DNA from: Candidatus Woesebacteria bacterium GW2011_GWB1_39_12
GTDB lineage: Bacteria > Patescibacteriota > Microgenomatia > UBA8517
DNA: 64,000 bases
Assembly: GCA_000993405.1 (NCBI GenBank)
Contig: LBWB01000009.1
Location: 13,848-77,847 of the forward strand
Direction: 5' to 3'
Part shown: piece by piece, positions 1 to 9,432 of the stretch
How positions within the stretch are numbered: position 1 is the first letter of the stretch
Layout of the letters: every line of letters starts with the position of its first letter
Made by a program: the position numbers and the translations under genes
Notes under the pieces: model-generated
What the model was told of the DNA's origin: nothing
The model's database searches: none
What the model saw: only the letters and a program-made list of their open reading frames with translations

Positions 1-338
1 CTGCGTCTTTTACAATACGCCCGTAGTGCTCAACGTGCGCGGCGGTCGGAACTTTATTGGCAACTTCAACCAAAAAGCTCACTCCGCCAATTTTTTTGAG
101 TACCTTTCTTTTTTTCAGACGTTCTGAAACGGTTAAAACGTCAATCGGAATTCTGTCTTCGTAAAGTTCAAGTGCACACTCGTAAATTTCTCTGTGTCTA
201 TCATCATAAAAATCATCAGACTTTAAAAATTCGGCAACAGCAATTATTGCGTCGCGATCCAATAAAAGCGCACCCAGCACCGACTCCTCTGCTTCAGGTG
301 AATGGGGCGGGATACGAACTTGAAGTTGATCAGCCATA
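1..338 (-). CDS. dnaB: Replicative DNA helicase DnaB, N-terminal part (gene continues beyond window start)
   Basis: Reverse-strand translation from ATG at 338: MADQLQVRIPPHSPEAEESVLGALLLDRDAIIAV... matches the conserved DnaB N-terminal motif (PPHSxEAEQSVLG). Confidence 0.8.
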
Positions 339-466
339 ATAAATTAAACTCTAAATTCTAAGCACAAAATTCGAAACAATATCTAATGTCAAATTTTCAA
401 AATTCAAAAAAGTTTTAATATTGGAACTTTGAGTTTTGAATTTGTTTAGAATTTAGGATTTCGGAT

Positions 467-1117
467 TTAGGATTTCTTTTCTAACACTACCACCTTCATC
501 TCTTCTCCTAATTCATTTTTCTTTATACTTAATTTTTCCAATCTTTCCACAGGTAAGCTGACTTCCCTCAGAAAATCATCAACAGTTGCTAATTCTCCGA
601 AGACCTCCTGATTAATCCCGGAAATTTTATAGTGCATAGGAATCGTAATTCTGGGTTCAATGTCTCGAACAACTTCTCCTGCTTCGCTTGGGCCAATAGT
701 ATATATTCCTCCTACAGGAATCATAAGAACATCAACCTCTCCCAACTCTCCAAGCACATCTTCAGTCAGTCTATGACCCAAATCTCCCAAATGGACAAGC
801 CTCAAATCGTCCATCTCGATAACATAAATTGTATTTTTTCCTCGCTCAACACCCTTTTTTGAGTCATGGTAGGTCCCAAAACCAATTATAGATACACCCG
901 AAATCTCATATTCACCCGGTCCATCAATAACTTTTTTTACATCTGATACCGCTTGAACAAAACCATGGTCATCGTGCGCGTGAGAAACCGTAACTAAATC
1001 CGCCGATATTTTAGGAAACTTTAATCCTACCTTTTTCGAATCAAACGGGTCGGATACAAGACTTAAAGACTTACCCCTAAGTTTGAAAGATGAGTGTCCA
1101 AGATAAGTAATATCCAT
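467..1117 (-). CDS. MBL-fold metal-dependent hydrolase (UPF0173-like)
   Basis: 216 aa; HAHDDH metal-binding motif and overall beta-lactamase-fold signature. Confidence 0.75.
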   Translation of the reverse strand: MDITYLGHSSFKLRGKSLSLVSDPFDSKKVGLKFPKISADLVTVSHAHDDHGFVQAVSDVKKVIDGPGEYEISGVSIIGFGTYHDSKKGVERGKNTIYVIEMDDLRLVHLGDLGHRLTEDVLGELGEVDVLMIPVGGIYTIGPSEAGEVVRDIEPRITIPMHYKISGINQEVFGELATVDDFLREVSLPVERLEKLSIKKNELGEEMKVVVLEKKS

Positions 1118-1298
1118 AGAACTTGTTTCAAAACTCGCCAGGCGGGCTCGTTTTGAGGCCTTATGGCAAGTTATATGAAGTGTTTTGAAACCACTTCATA
1201 ACCCTTTCGTCATCCTACCAAAGAGAGCTTAAGTTGACAAGGGGCTTTATCTCAATTATATTAACGCTGACCGGCCAGAAATTTCTCCTGCCACAATA

Positions 1299-2306
1299 AT
1301 GCGTAAAGAACTCATAATTGCTATAATCGCTGGAATCATAGTGGGACTGACAATCGCCTTTGGCGTCTGGAGAGCAAATTCTGCTTTAAAAAAAGTTAAG
1401 GTTGTAACAAAAGAGCCTACTTCGTTAGATCAAAAAAGGTCGGTCAGTCAAAATGGTTCTTCTAAAATTACTCTTGCCGCGCCTGAGGCAGAGGACGTAA
1501 TAACCCAAAATCCGACCAAGGTATCAGGAATTACATTAAAAGACGCATTAGTCGTAGTTTCATCAGAAGAAGAAGACTATATATTGAAAGCTGACGCTTC
1601 GGGGTCCTTTGAACAGGAAGTCGAGCTTATTGGCGGGATAAATCAGTTAATTGTAGCCTCGTTTGATGAAAGTGAAGGGAAATCTGAACAAGAATTAACG
1701 GTTATCTTTTCGAGGGAATTTAAGGTCAGTGAAGAAGGTTCCGGAAATCCTACTGCAACCGACGAGGGTGACCCTATCCGCGAAAAAGTAAGAGAAAAGC
1801 TTGAGGAGGTTAAGAAAAATCCTAAAGCTTATATCGGAACAATAACAGATAAGCTTGAAACATCTCTTCAGATTAAAAACGCTCTTGGTGAAATTCAATT
1901 AATATCTGTTGACAGCGAAAACGTCGACTTCGTAAAAACAAGTAAGAGTCAAACCACCATTAAATACAATGACTTGGCAATCGGAGACTTTATAATTGCC
2001 ATGGGTTTTGCGACTAACTCGAATGGAGTTTTGGCTGCTCAAAGAATACTGGTTTCTCCCCAACTTGAAGCTCCAAAAAGGGAAATAGTATTTGGTCAGG
2101 CTACAGGTATCGCCAAAAACGTGCTTAGTCTAAAAGACAAACAGGGAAAAGAATGGAAACTTACATTTCCCAAAAAATGGAAGGGTCCTGAAATAAAAGA
2201 AATCAAAGAAGGAGAAAAAGTCGTGGCTATAGTTGAGCAAGAAGAAAATATCTATAATATAAGAACCATAGAAATTACGTCAAAAGTTGAAACTTCCTCA
2301 AATTAA
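1299..2306 (+). CDS. Hypothetical membrane-anchored protein
   Basis: 335 aa ORF with an N-terminal hydrophobic helix (IIAIIAGIIVGLTIAFGVW); no recognisable domain. Confidence 0.5.
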   Translation: MRKELIIAIIAGIIVGLTIAFGVWRANSALKKVKVVTKEPTSLDQKRSVSQNGSSKITLAAPEAEDVITQNPTKVSGITLKDALVVVSSEEEDYILKADASGSFEQEVELIGGINQLIVASFDESEGKSEQELTVIFSREFKVSEEGSGNPTATDEGDPIREKVREKLEEVKKNPKAYIGTITDKLETSLQIKNALGEIQLISVDSENVDFVKTSKSQTTIKYNDLAIGDFIIAMGFATNSNGVLAAQRILVSPQLEAPKREIVFGQATGIAKNVLSLKDKQGKEWKLTFPKKWKGPEIKEIKEGEKVVAIVEQEENIYNIRTIEITSKVETSSN

Positions 2307-2317
2307 TTTTTCTTTAT

Positions 2318-2839
2318 ATGATACGGCTGCTAACGGAAAAGGACGCAAATCAATATCAAAAGATTAGATTACAAAGTTTAAAAACCGATCCGGAGGCATT
2401 TTTGTCTACTTTCGAAAGCGAATCAAAGTTACCTCTAGAATACTTTCAGCATAAAATTCGAAATGCCGAAAAAGATCCAACTTTCGGATATTATGGCCTC
2501 TTCGAAAGCTCAAGACTAATAGCCTACGCTCAAATTTCTGACGGCTACTTAGCTAAAAAAAAGCACGTTGCCTATTTCTATGAAGTGTATGTTGATCCCG
2601 ACTTCAGGAAAAAGGGGTATGCTACCCAACTGATAAATTTTTTAATAGACAAAGTCAGGAAATATAAAGAAATCGAACAGATAGAACTAAAAGTTAATTC
2701 AAGAAATAAAAGCGCCATTGCCTTATACGAGAAACTTGGGTTTAAAAGAATTGCTCAGCTCCCCCACGCTGTCAAAGAACCCGACGGAACTTATCAAGAT
2801 GAATTTATTTACAGTTTTTCTTTAAAAAACTTCCATTGA
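2318..2839 (+). CDS. GNAT family N-acetyltransferase
   Basis: 173 aa; acetyl-CoA binding signature (RKKGYATQLINFL...ALYEKLGF). Confidence 0.8.
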   Translation: MIRLLTEKDANQYQKIRLQSLKTDPEAFLSTFESESKLPLEYFQHKIRNAEKDPTFGYYGLFESSRLIAYAQISDGYLAKKKHVAYFYEVYVDPDFRKKGYATQLINFLIDKVRKYKEIEQIELKVNSRNKSAIALYEKLGFKRIAQLPHAVKEPDGTYQDEFIYSFSLKNFH

Positions 2840-2872
2840 CAAAAAATCTTACACGAAGCATTATTTTACTAA

Positions 2873-3062
2873 ATGAAGATGAGTTTACATAGAATTGTTA
2901 CAAAATCTTTCAGTTATCCTATTTTAAAAGAACTTAGAGAAATCAAAAAAATAATAAGGGAAACTAATAAAATTGCAAACTCCAGATACAAAAATTGATG
3001 AAGAAGTTTATAAACTCTACGGATTAACTCAAAAAGAAATTGAAATTATAGAGAAAGGTTGA
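2873..3062 (+). pseudogene. Decayed 3' remnant of a type II/IIG restriction-modification (N6-adenine MTase/REase) gene
   Basis: Two short frames joined by one frameshift. Frame 2 (2873-2998): MKMSLHRIVTKSFSYPILKELREIKKIIRETNKIANSRYKN*. Frame 0 (2958-3062): GKLIKLQTPDTKIDEEVYKLYGLTQKEIEIIEKG*. The second is the characteristic ...IDEEVYKLYGLTEEEIKIIE C-terminus of Eco57I/MmeI/PglX-type enzymes. No upstream catalytic part is present. Confidence 0.5.
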
Positions 3063-3132
3063 CACGCACATTTTCGTTTATTGCTTGATTAAGTTTTGTG
3101 GTAGTAGTATAAGTAAAGTATAATAACTTTTC

Positions 3133-3384
3133 ATGCCTAAAGCATTGAGGAAATATATCAAAACTGACCCGAAAATTTTAGGAGGGGCTCCTGTTATAGC
3201 AGGAACAAGGATTCCCATTGAAAGAATTTTTCATTTAGTAAGACAGGGTTATACTACAAAAACACTGGAAGAAGAATACCCGCAGTTGGAAGCTCGGAAA
3301 ATACAATACCTCTTATCCTACTTAATGGAAGCCGGCCTCGATGCCTTCAAGAAAACACAAAAGATACAACCTTCTACTCGATGA
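3133..3384 (+). CDS. DUF433 domain protein (antitoxin-like partner of a DUF5615 protein)
   Basis: 83 aa; GGAPVIAGTRIPIERIFHLVRQGYT core typical of DUF433. Confidence 0.7.
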   Translation: MPKALRKYIKTDPKILGGAPVIAGTRIPIERIFHLVRQGYTTKTLEEEYPQLEARKIQYLLSYLMEAGLDAFKKTQKIQPSTR

Positions 3385-3745
3385 GGGATTGCCTCCGAGA
3401 CAAAACTACCATCGACTGAACAATCTTCATGATGTTAAACACATTAAGCATGACTCCAAATTGGGCGGGGCTGCAGATAAAAAAGTGTTGGAGAAAGCCA
3501 AGAAAGAATCGCGTATTCTTGTAACATTTAATATAAAAGACTTTAAATTGCTTATCCATGAAGATACTCCCTCTATTATTGCCTTGTCGCCCAAACTTAC
3601 TAATTTACAGGCAGATCTTAAGATTTGTAAGTTATTAAGAAAGTTAAAAACAGGTGAAAAGAAAGGGTATCTTATTTCCATTTCCAACAGCGGAATAATT
3701 TTAAAAAGAAGATTAATTAACCAAGATAATAAACTTAAAATCTAA
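3341..3745 (+). CDS. DUF5615 (PIN-like, Mut7-C-type) protein; start uncertain, overlaps the upstream DUF433 gene
   Basis: LLLDEGLP...LGHDV-like N-terminus (NLHDVKHI), ...VLEKAKKESRILVTFNIKDF; the ORF-track start overlaps the DUF433 stop by 44 nt. Confidence 0.6.
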   Translation: MPSRKHKRYNLLLDEGLPPRQNYHRLNNLHDVKHIKHDSKLGGAADKKVLEKAKKESRILVTFNIKDFKLLIHEDTPSIIALSPKLTNLQADLKICKLLRKLKTGEKKGYLISISNSGIILKRRLINQDNKLKI

Positions 3746-3835
3746 TTTGTACAAAGTATCTGCCTCCGAGGTGGTAAGTCAAAATCATAAACTAATAAAT
3801 TGTCTAATCAACTTATTATTGCTATCATTTAAAGT

Positions 3836-5086
3836 ATGGACAAGACGAAGTTACAGACCTTAAAAGGTTTTAGGGATTTTTTGCCAAAGGAGGCAAGAAA
3901 AAGGCAGTATCTAATTGACAAACTAAGAAGCATTTTTGAACTCTTCGGTTTTGAACCTTTAGAAACACCAGCTCTGGAATATAAAGAAATATTGTTTGGA
4001 AAATCCGGAAGTGAAACCGACAAGTTAGCCTACTCTTTTAAAGACCAAGGCGGTCGTGAGGTGGCACTTCGCTATGACCAAACAGTTCCAACAGCCCGTG
4101 TTATGGCTATGTATCAAAATTCTCTTCCAATGCCTTTCAGAAGATATCAGATCCAGCCTGCGTGGCGAGCCGAAAATCCTCAATCAGGCCGCTTCCGAGA
4201 ATTCCTGCAGTGTGATGCAGATATTTACGGATCCCAATCCCCCATTTCGGATGCAGAGATAATCTCTCTGACAAATTACATTTTTACAAACTTGGGTTTT
4301 ACGAAATTTAAAATTTTTATAAATGACAGGAAATTACTTTTCGAATTGATGACTTTTGCCTCTATTCCTCCGGAATTACAATTTCAAGCGATAAGCGCTA
4401 TTGATAAATTAGACAGAAAGAGAGAGGACGAAGTGGGCGTCGAACTTAAAACAATAGGGCTTAGCGACGAATCAATAAAACATCTCTTTCATCATCTTGC
4501 AGAGTCTAAACCGAGCGAGAATCTTCTAAGTATCATAAAGTATGCCAAATCCCTTGGTGTTGATGAAGACAAACTCATCTTTCAAGCAAGACTAGCAAGA
4601 GGACTGGATTATTACACGGGAACTATATTTGAAGTAAAAATTGATGAATATAAAGCGGGCTCTGTTCTTGGTGGAGGCCGCTACGACAAACTTATAGAAA
4701 GCCTTTCAGGTATAAATATTCCGGCAGTCGGGTTTGGATTGGGATTTGACAGAACAATTGAGGCAATGGAACAATTTAAACTTTTCCCGGAAGAAGGAAG
4801 AAGATTTGGATCACTAATTGCCGTTTTTAATTCCGAACTCTTGGGGAAATCATTAGAGGTTACGCAAAAATTAAGAGATCAAGGAATTCAAGTTGAAACA
4901 TTTCCGGACGAAACCAAGGATTTAACAAAACAATTAAAATATGCCGACAAAAAAGGGGTCAAGTGGTTTATCGTAATCGGACCCGACGAAGCGGAAAAAG
5001 AAAGTGTAATACTTAAAAACTTGGAAACGGGTCGTCAGGAAGATTTACCTCTCAAAAACTTGATTTCTAAATTAAAAGAAGGTTAA
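3836..5086 (+). CDS. hisS: Histidine--tRNA ligase
   Basis: 416 aa; class II aaRS HisRS motifs (GFRDFLP, ALRYDQTVPTARV, GGGRYD). Confidence 0.95.
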   Translation: MDKTKLQTLKGFRDFLPKEARKRQYLIDKLRSIFELFGFEPLETPALEYKEILFGKSGSETDKLAYSFKDQGGREVALRYDQTVPTARVMAMYQNSLPMPFRRYQIQPAWRAENPQSGRFREFLQCDADIYGSQSPISDAEIISLTNYIFTNLGFTKFKIFINDRKLLFELMTFASIPPELQFQAISAIDKLDRKREDEVGVELKTIGLSDESIKHLFHHLAESKPSENLLSIIKYAKSLGVDEDKLIFQARLARGLDYYTGTIFEVKIDEYKAGSVLGGGRYDKLIESLSGINIPAVGFGLGFDRTIEAMEQFKLFPEEGRRFGSLIAVFNSELLGKSLEVTQKLRDQGIQVETFPDETKDLTKQLKYADKKGVKWFIVIGPDEAEKESVILKNLETGRQEDLPLKNLISKLKEG

Positions 5087-5089
5087 TCC

Positions 5090-5947
5090 ATGGCCCCAAA
5101 AAGAGTTAAAGCATATATCTACTTATTATTGGCAGCTCTTATCTGGGGTATCGCCGGTCCAGTTATTAAATTCACGCTTGATGGAATTGATCCCCTACCA
5201 TTCATTTCTTATAGACTTGCAATATCCGCTGTTATTTCAATCATTTTTTTTATCTTAAAAATTAAAAAAGGTAAAAAATTTAGGCAATTAAGGGTTCATT
5301 TACCTTTGGTTTTTCTTTACGGATTTTTGGCCGTTCCGGCTGCACTTGGACTACTTTTTGCCGGACTTGATAATGGAGCGGCATTCTTCAGCGAGCACAT
5401 AACTAAAAGGGAAAGGATCGGGGTTTCTATCGTGCTTTTGGGTGTTTTACTTAATTCCCTATACCCTATTATTAAAGCCGAGGGAGTCAAGCTTACTGCA
5501 AACATCTTGCTCTTTGCATACCTTTTAGCGGATTCCGGCTCAATTCTTATTGCCAAGAAACTTTCGCGTTTCAAAATTAATTCCGCCAACCTCACAAACC
5601 TGGCATTTATTATTGGTGCTATTACTTTACTTCCTTTAACGCTGGTTTCTTATGGCTGGGAAAATTTTTTTAGTCAAATTGTAAATCTACCTTTAAAATA
5701 TCATCTCGGTGTATGGTATATGGCTATTTTCTCAGGCAGCATAGCTTATTATCTTTTCGTGAGAGCTCATAAATCAATAGAAGTGTCCGAAGCGGTTCTA
5801 TTTAACTATCTCCAGCCGGTAATCACAATTCCCTTGGCAATTTTCTGGCTCCACGAAAGTATATCCCCATCATTTATCACCGGGGCTATTCTTATTACAA
5901 TTGGTCTTATAATTGCCGAATACAAAAAGAAACGCTATAATACTTGA
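5090..5947 (+). CDS. EamA/DMT family transporter
   Basis: 285 aa, ~10 predicted TM helices, two EamA-like halves. Confidence 0.75.
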   Translation: MAPKRVKAYIYLLLAALIWGIAGPVIKFTLDGIDPLPFISYRLAISAVISIIFFILKIKKGKKFRQLRVHLPLVFLYGFLAVPAALGLLFAGLDNGAAFFSEHITKRERIGVSIVLLGVLLNSLYPIIKAEGVKLTANILLFAYLLADSGSILIAKKLSRFKINSANLTNLAFIIGAITLLPLTLVSYGWENFFSQIVNLPLKYHLGVWYMAIFSGSIAYYLFVRAHKSIEVSEAVLFNYLQPVITIPLAIFWLHESISPSFITGAILITIGLIIAEYKKKRYNT

Positions 5948-5950
5948 ATC

Positions 5951-6274
5951 GTGAAAGCAAACATACATCCAGAGTGGTTTCCGGAAGCGCAAGTAACTTG
6001 TGCCTGCGGAAATACATTTAAGGTCGGGAGTACCTTACCCAAAATCGAGGTCGAGGTATGCTATAATTGCCATCCTTTTTATACGGGCCAGATGAAATAT
6101 GTCGATACCGCAGGACGTGTTGACTCTTTTGAGGCAAGACGTAAAATGGCGGTCGAAGAAAGAGTTTCCAAGACCGAGAAAAGAATGTTGAGGCGGGAAA
6201 GAAAGATTCAAAAAGAACTAGAACGACCGGATACATTAGCCGAGCTTCGAAAGATATCTAAGAAAAAAAATTAG
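5951..6274 (+). CDS. rpmE: 50S ribosomal protein L31 (GTG start) with a basic C-terminal extension
   Basis: IHPEW...CxCG...[10 protein letters not shown] zinc-ribbon signature of L31. Confidence 0.85.
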   Translation: MKANIHPEWFPEAQVTCACGNTFKVGSTLPKIEVEVCYNCHPFYTGQMKYVDTAGRVDSFEARRKMAVEERVSKTEKRMLRRERKIQKELERPDTLAELRKISKKKN

Positions 6275-6307
6275 CAGTTTCTAACAATTAATAATCACTC
6301 ACCCCGT

Positions 6308-7024
6308 GTGATTTTATTTATGAATAACGATATCCAAAAAGTATACATCGAAATCCGGGGCGCAACTGGTGGAGATGAAGCTAAACTCTGGGGGGGCGAC
6401 CTTCTACGCATGTACATGCGCTATGCTACCAAAAAGGGTTGGCGCTCTTCCCCTATTGACGAAAAAACTCTATTAATTTCCGGCTCTCGTGCGTTTGACT
6501 TGCTAAAAAACGAATCGGGCGTCCACAGGGTCCAGCGAGTTCCAACCACAGAAAAGAGGGGCCGAATTCACACCTCGACTGCAACAGTTGCCGTTTTACC
6601 TGAAATAAAAGAAACTGAAGTACAAGTTAACCCACAAGACCTGGAAATATCTTTTTTCCGATCAGGTGGGCACGGAGGTCAAAACGTAAATAAAGTCTCG
6701 ACCGCTGTGAGGTTGGTACATAAACCGACAAGCATTGTCGTAACCGCTTCCGAAGAGCGATTTCAGGAAGCCAACAGGCAAATTGCCCTTGCCCTTCTCC
6801 GTTCTAAACTTTGGGAAAGGGAGGAAGAAAAAAAGATGACAACAATCGCCGGATACCGCTCTCCCATCGGCCGCGGCATGAGGGCTGAAAAAATCCGCAC
6901 CTACAATTTCCCTCAAGATAGGGTCACCGACCACCGAATCGGCAAATCATTTGGTAACCTTGAGTCCATAGTTGACGGGAATTTGGATAAATTGGTTACT
7001 TATCTTCAAACGGCCAATATATAA
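6308..7024 (+). CDS. prfA: Peptide chain release factor 1, N-terminally truncated (domains 2-4 only)
   Basis: 238 aa; begins at the region equivalent to E. coli RF1 residue ~110 ([23 protein letters not shown]); PTT codon-recognition tripeptide (RF1 PxT), GGQ motif ([11 protein letters not shown]), [16 protein letters not shown]. Confidence 0.8.
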   Translation: MILFMNNDIQKVYIEIRGATGGDEAKLWGGDLLRMYMRYATKKGWRSSPIDEKTLLISGSRAFDLLKNESGVHRVQRVPTTEKRGRIHTSTATVAVLPEIKETEVQVNPQDLEISFFRSGGHGGQNVNKVSTAVRLVHKPTSIVVTASEERFQEANRQIALALLRSKLWEREEEKKMTTIAGYRSPIGRGMRAEKIRTYNFPQDRVTDHRIGKSFGNLESIVDGNLDKLVTYLQTANI

Positions 7025-7054
7025 AATTCTCCAATAATATTCTACGTACAGATT

Positions 7055-8278
7055 TTATGAATTAAACCCCATACTTAATGTAGCAAGAGCCTCGCGCAAC
7101 CGCATTTCTCTTGGATCCTCGGCAAGAGGAGGTATCATTATCTTTACTTCAGACGGAATATCCTCTGGTGTAATAATTGCAGGTTTAATTTTTTCCGGAG
7201 TTAGACCAATTCTGGGATTAGGTAGAATGACCCCTTCTGGTTCAAACCAATTCCTTCTTCCATACATTTCGTCCCTTATGCTTTTTTTCTGGATTAGTCT
7301 AAACCATTGGGTTTCAAATGTCCGCTCTCCAACCTCATCCTTCCATACACGACGTGATGACAACACATTATCCACTTGGCTGATGAATGGTTCACCAAGC
7401 CGATGAATAAAGTCTTCAAAGCGTGGGAATGACAGAGGAATTGCCCCAATTTCACGACATCTTTTTACAACTAAGTCAAATCTGGGATGGTCCCTCGCAA
7501 TATGAATTCCGAACGGGCGTAGAAGTGAATATTTGTGTAACCAGTGTCTATCAATTTCTTTACTTTTTTTATCAAAACTGCCTGATGGACAGATGTAATC
7601 ACAATAAGGTGAATAAGAAATAAGTGACGTTCTCCAAAAGGTATTTAAGTATGGCGTACTCCCTGCATCAGTAATCTCTTGGTTGGTATCCGCAACTACA
7701 ACCGTAACCATATCTTCGTACCTAATTCCATAAAGCAGTGCCACATCTTCTTCTGTATCAGTTTGAGCATATATATGACCAGGGTGTGGAATTGTATTCC
7801 ATTTTCCATGGAGTAAAAGAACTTTTAAGTTGGGGTTAAATTTTCTCCTTCGTTCTATATCAAGAGCTACTTCTTCCACCGACCCTAAAACTTTATTTCC
7901 AAGTAACTGATTTGCTGGTCCTAAATAGATATCTCTTTCCGATTGGGCTAAATTCTCTCGGGGCATTTTTCCTTGCATGAGAAGAGGGATATCTGATCCC
8001 AATAAAAAGTCGTGGAATATACCATAACTGATAGCATTGAGTTGAAACTGTTTACTGGGGTGATGATGATATCCTTCTTCATCGTAAAAACCATTGCTTG
8101 TCATAAGGAGAAGTGTTCTAATTGCCTTTGGTGAGGCTCTAACCCCAAGATGTAATAGATTGTAATTATCCTCTACTGCCTCACCGAGAGATCCATAGAC
8201 TATATCAAGAGGTAAATAGGCTTCTGGTAAACCTTTTTCAATTGCGTTTTTAAGGTCGGGGTGCACCCTCTCTGTCAC
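7055..8278 (-). CDS. Hypothetical protein (possible nucleotidyltransferase-like HxGH motif)
   Basis: 407 aa; LLLHGKWNTIPHPGH and IHIARDHPRF motifs loosely reminiscent of ATP-sulfurylase/cytidylyltransferase-fold enzymes; no firm assignment. Confidence 0.45.
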   Translation of the reverse strand: MTERVHPDLKNAIEKGLPEAYLPLDIVYGSLGEAVEDNYNLLHLGVRASPKAIRTLLLMTSNGFYDEEGYHHHPSKQFQLNAISYGIFHDFLLGSDIPLLMQGKMPRENLAQSERDIYLGPANQLLGNKVLGSVEEVALDIERRRKFNPNLKVLLLHGKWNTIPHPGHIYAQTDTEEDVALLYGIRYEDMVTVVVADTNQEITDAGSTPYLNTFWRTSLISYSPYCDYICPSGSFDKKSKEIDRHWLHKYSLLRPFGIHIARDHPRFDLVVKRCREIGAIPLSFPRFEDFIHRLGEPFISQVDNVLSSRRVWKDEVGERTFETQWFRLIQKKSIRDEMYGRRNWFEPEGVILPNPRIGLTPEKIKPAIITPEDIPSEVKIMIPPLAEDPREMRLREALATLSMGFNS

Positions 8279-8319
8279 GGTACGTAATTATACACAAGAA
8301 CTGATGAATAAAAACTTCG

Positions 8320-8412
8320 ACTGCAATCAAAGAGGGCTCGAGGCAAATGTAGATGGGAATTTGGATAAAGTAGTCGAACTTCTTCAAGAGAAATTAAAAT
8401 AAAATAACTCTT
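8320..8412 (+). pseudogene. Fossil 3' end of a second release-factor gene
   Basis: Frame-1 translation ...NFDCNQRGLEANVDGNLDKVVELLQEKLK* parallels the C-terminus of the intact prfA at 6960-7024 ([27 protein letters not shown]); no start or upstream domains. Confidence 0.45.
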
Positions 8413-8415
8413 CTC

Positions 8416-9387
8416 TCATTCGACAAAAAGTGACTCATTGTAACCAATACGATTTAAGTCTTTTAAAAAATCACCCTTAAGATACTCAGATATATCCCAT
8501 TTTTGCGATTTCAATCCTGCATTCTCTACCCCAATACTTAATCTTTCTACTCTCGTTGAAATTGACTCAACCGGCAGATCAGGAATTACTCGTAAATTTT
8601 GTCTAACAAAAAGATTGGTAATTTCTTCTATACTCATAGTTCCAGGCGTAAGTTCTTGCACGGCTTCTGTTGTACTTAGTAGAGGATAAGGATGGGTGAT
8701 CCTACAATCTAAATCCTGTTCTCCCCTTGCCAACTTTTCCGTTAGATACGGATCCTTCTCATGAACAAAAAAATATTTAGCACCGGAACCTAAAAACAAC
8801 CCATTATAGTGGTCGTTATCTGGTAAATCCCGAGTATTTCTTGGCAGTACTGTAAGATGAGTTAATGTCCCTTCGTGAACCCACATAGAAAGCCTTAAGG
8901 GAAGTGAAAGAAAAGGCGCCTTGCGGTCCTTCCTTTGCATATATTCATCCTGTTCAAATCCCCAAATTGTCACAGGAACAACACGTGCCATATACTTTGC
9001 CGCATGCACATGACCTTTGTGGCCTTCAGCCCCGGCAACAAATAACATGCCGGTATTTTCATCCCTGTATTTTGTTTCAAGTAAGCTGGATAAATCTTCG
9101 AACTTAACTAATTTATCTCCGGATGACACCAATCCTGTTCCTGATTCTAGCTGAGGTGCTTTTAGCAAATCCTTCCAATAGCCAAACCATTCAGGTGCGA
9201 GCACCTTTCTTCTTGCGAAATTTGGGCCGGGATGAGTAACTAATAATTGTTCAGCCTCCTTAAGCGCAGCAAGTACATTTTGGGGCGCAAAGACAACCTT
9301 TTTATCAAGCATTTCTTGCCAAGTTATTTTGGGTAAAGCTTCGGACTCGAAGTTAATGAAGAACCTCGGTTTGTTTTCCGCCGTCAT
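8416..9387 (-). CDS. Hypothetical protein (possible HxGH nucleotidyltransferase-like motif)
   Basis: 323 aa; FVAGAEGHKGHVHAAKYMA motif; adjacent to and co-oriented with the 407-aa unknown. Confidence 0.45.
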   Translation of the reverse strand: MTAENKPRFFINFESEALPKITWQEMLDKKVVFAPQNVLAALKEAEQLLVTHPGPNFARRKVLAPEWFGYWKDLLKAPQLESGTGLVSSGDKLVKFEDLSSLLETKYRDENTGMLFVAGAEGHKGHVHAAKYMARVVPVTIWGFEQDEYMQRKDRKAPFLSLPLRLSMWVHEGTLTHLTVLPRNTRDLPDNDHYNGLFLGSGAKYFFVHEKDPYLTEKLARGEQDLDCRITHPYPLLSTTEAVQELTPGTMSIEEITNLFVRQNLRVIPDLPVESISTRVERLSIGVENAGLKSQKWDISEYLKGDFLKDLNRIGYNESLFVE

Positions 9388-9432
9388 TTGAGGCGATTAT
9401 ATCACTTGCGAAAAGGTTGAGAGGGTGCTATT

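Noticed and set aside
632-862. Numerous 60-130-aa ORFs on the opposite strand of confident genes (e.g. 632-862, 1695-1898, 12960-13340, 41148-41489, 48050-48427)
   Set aside because: Fully embedded antisense to well-supported CDSs, low-complexity translations, no start context. Treated as spurious.
6308-7024. Alternative genetic code (UGA reassignment) suggested by the truncated RF1 and the release-factor remnant
   Set aside because: TGA terminates several well-conserved genes in the window at the expected protein ends (GNAT at 2839, DUF433 at 3384, GIY-YIG at 62734, the 612-aa pilin at 33287). Standard code 11 fits.
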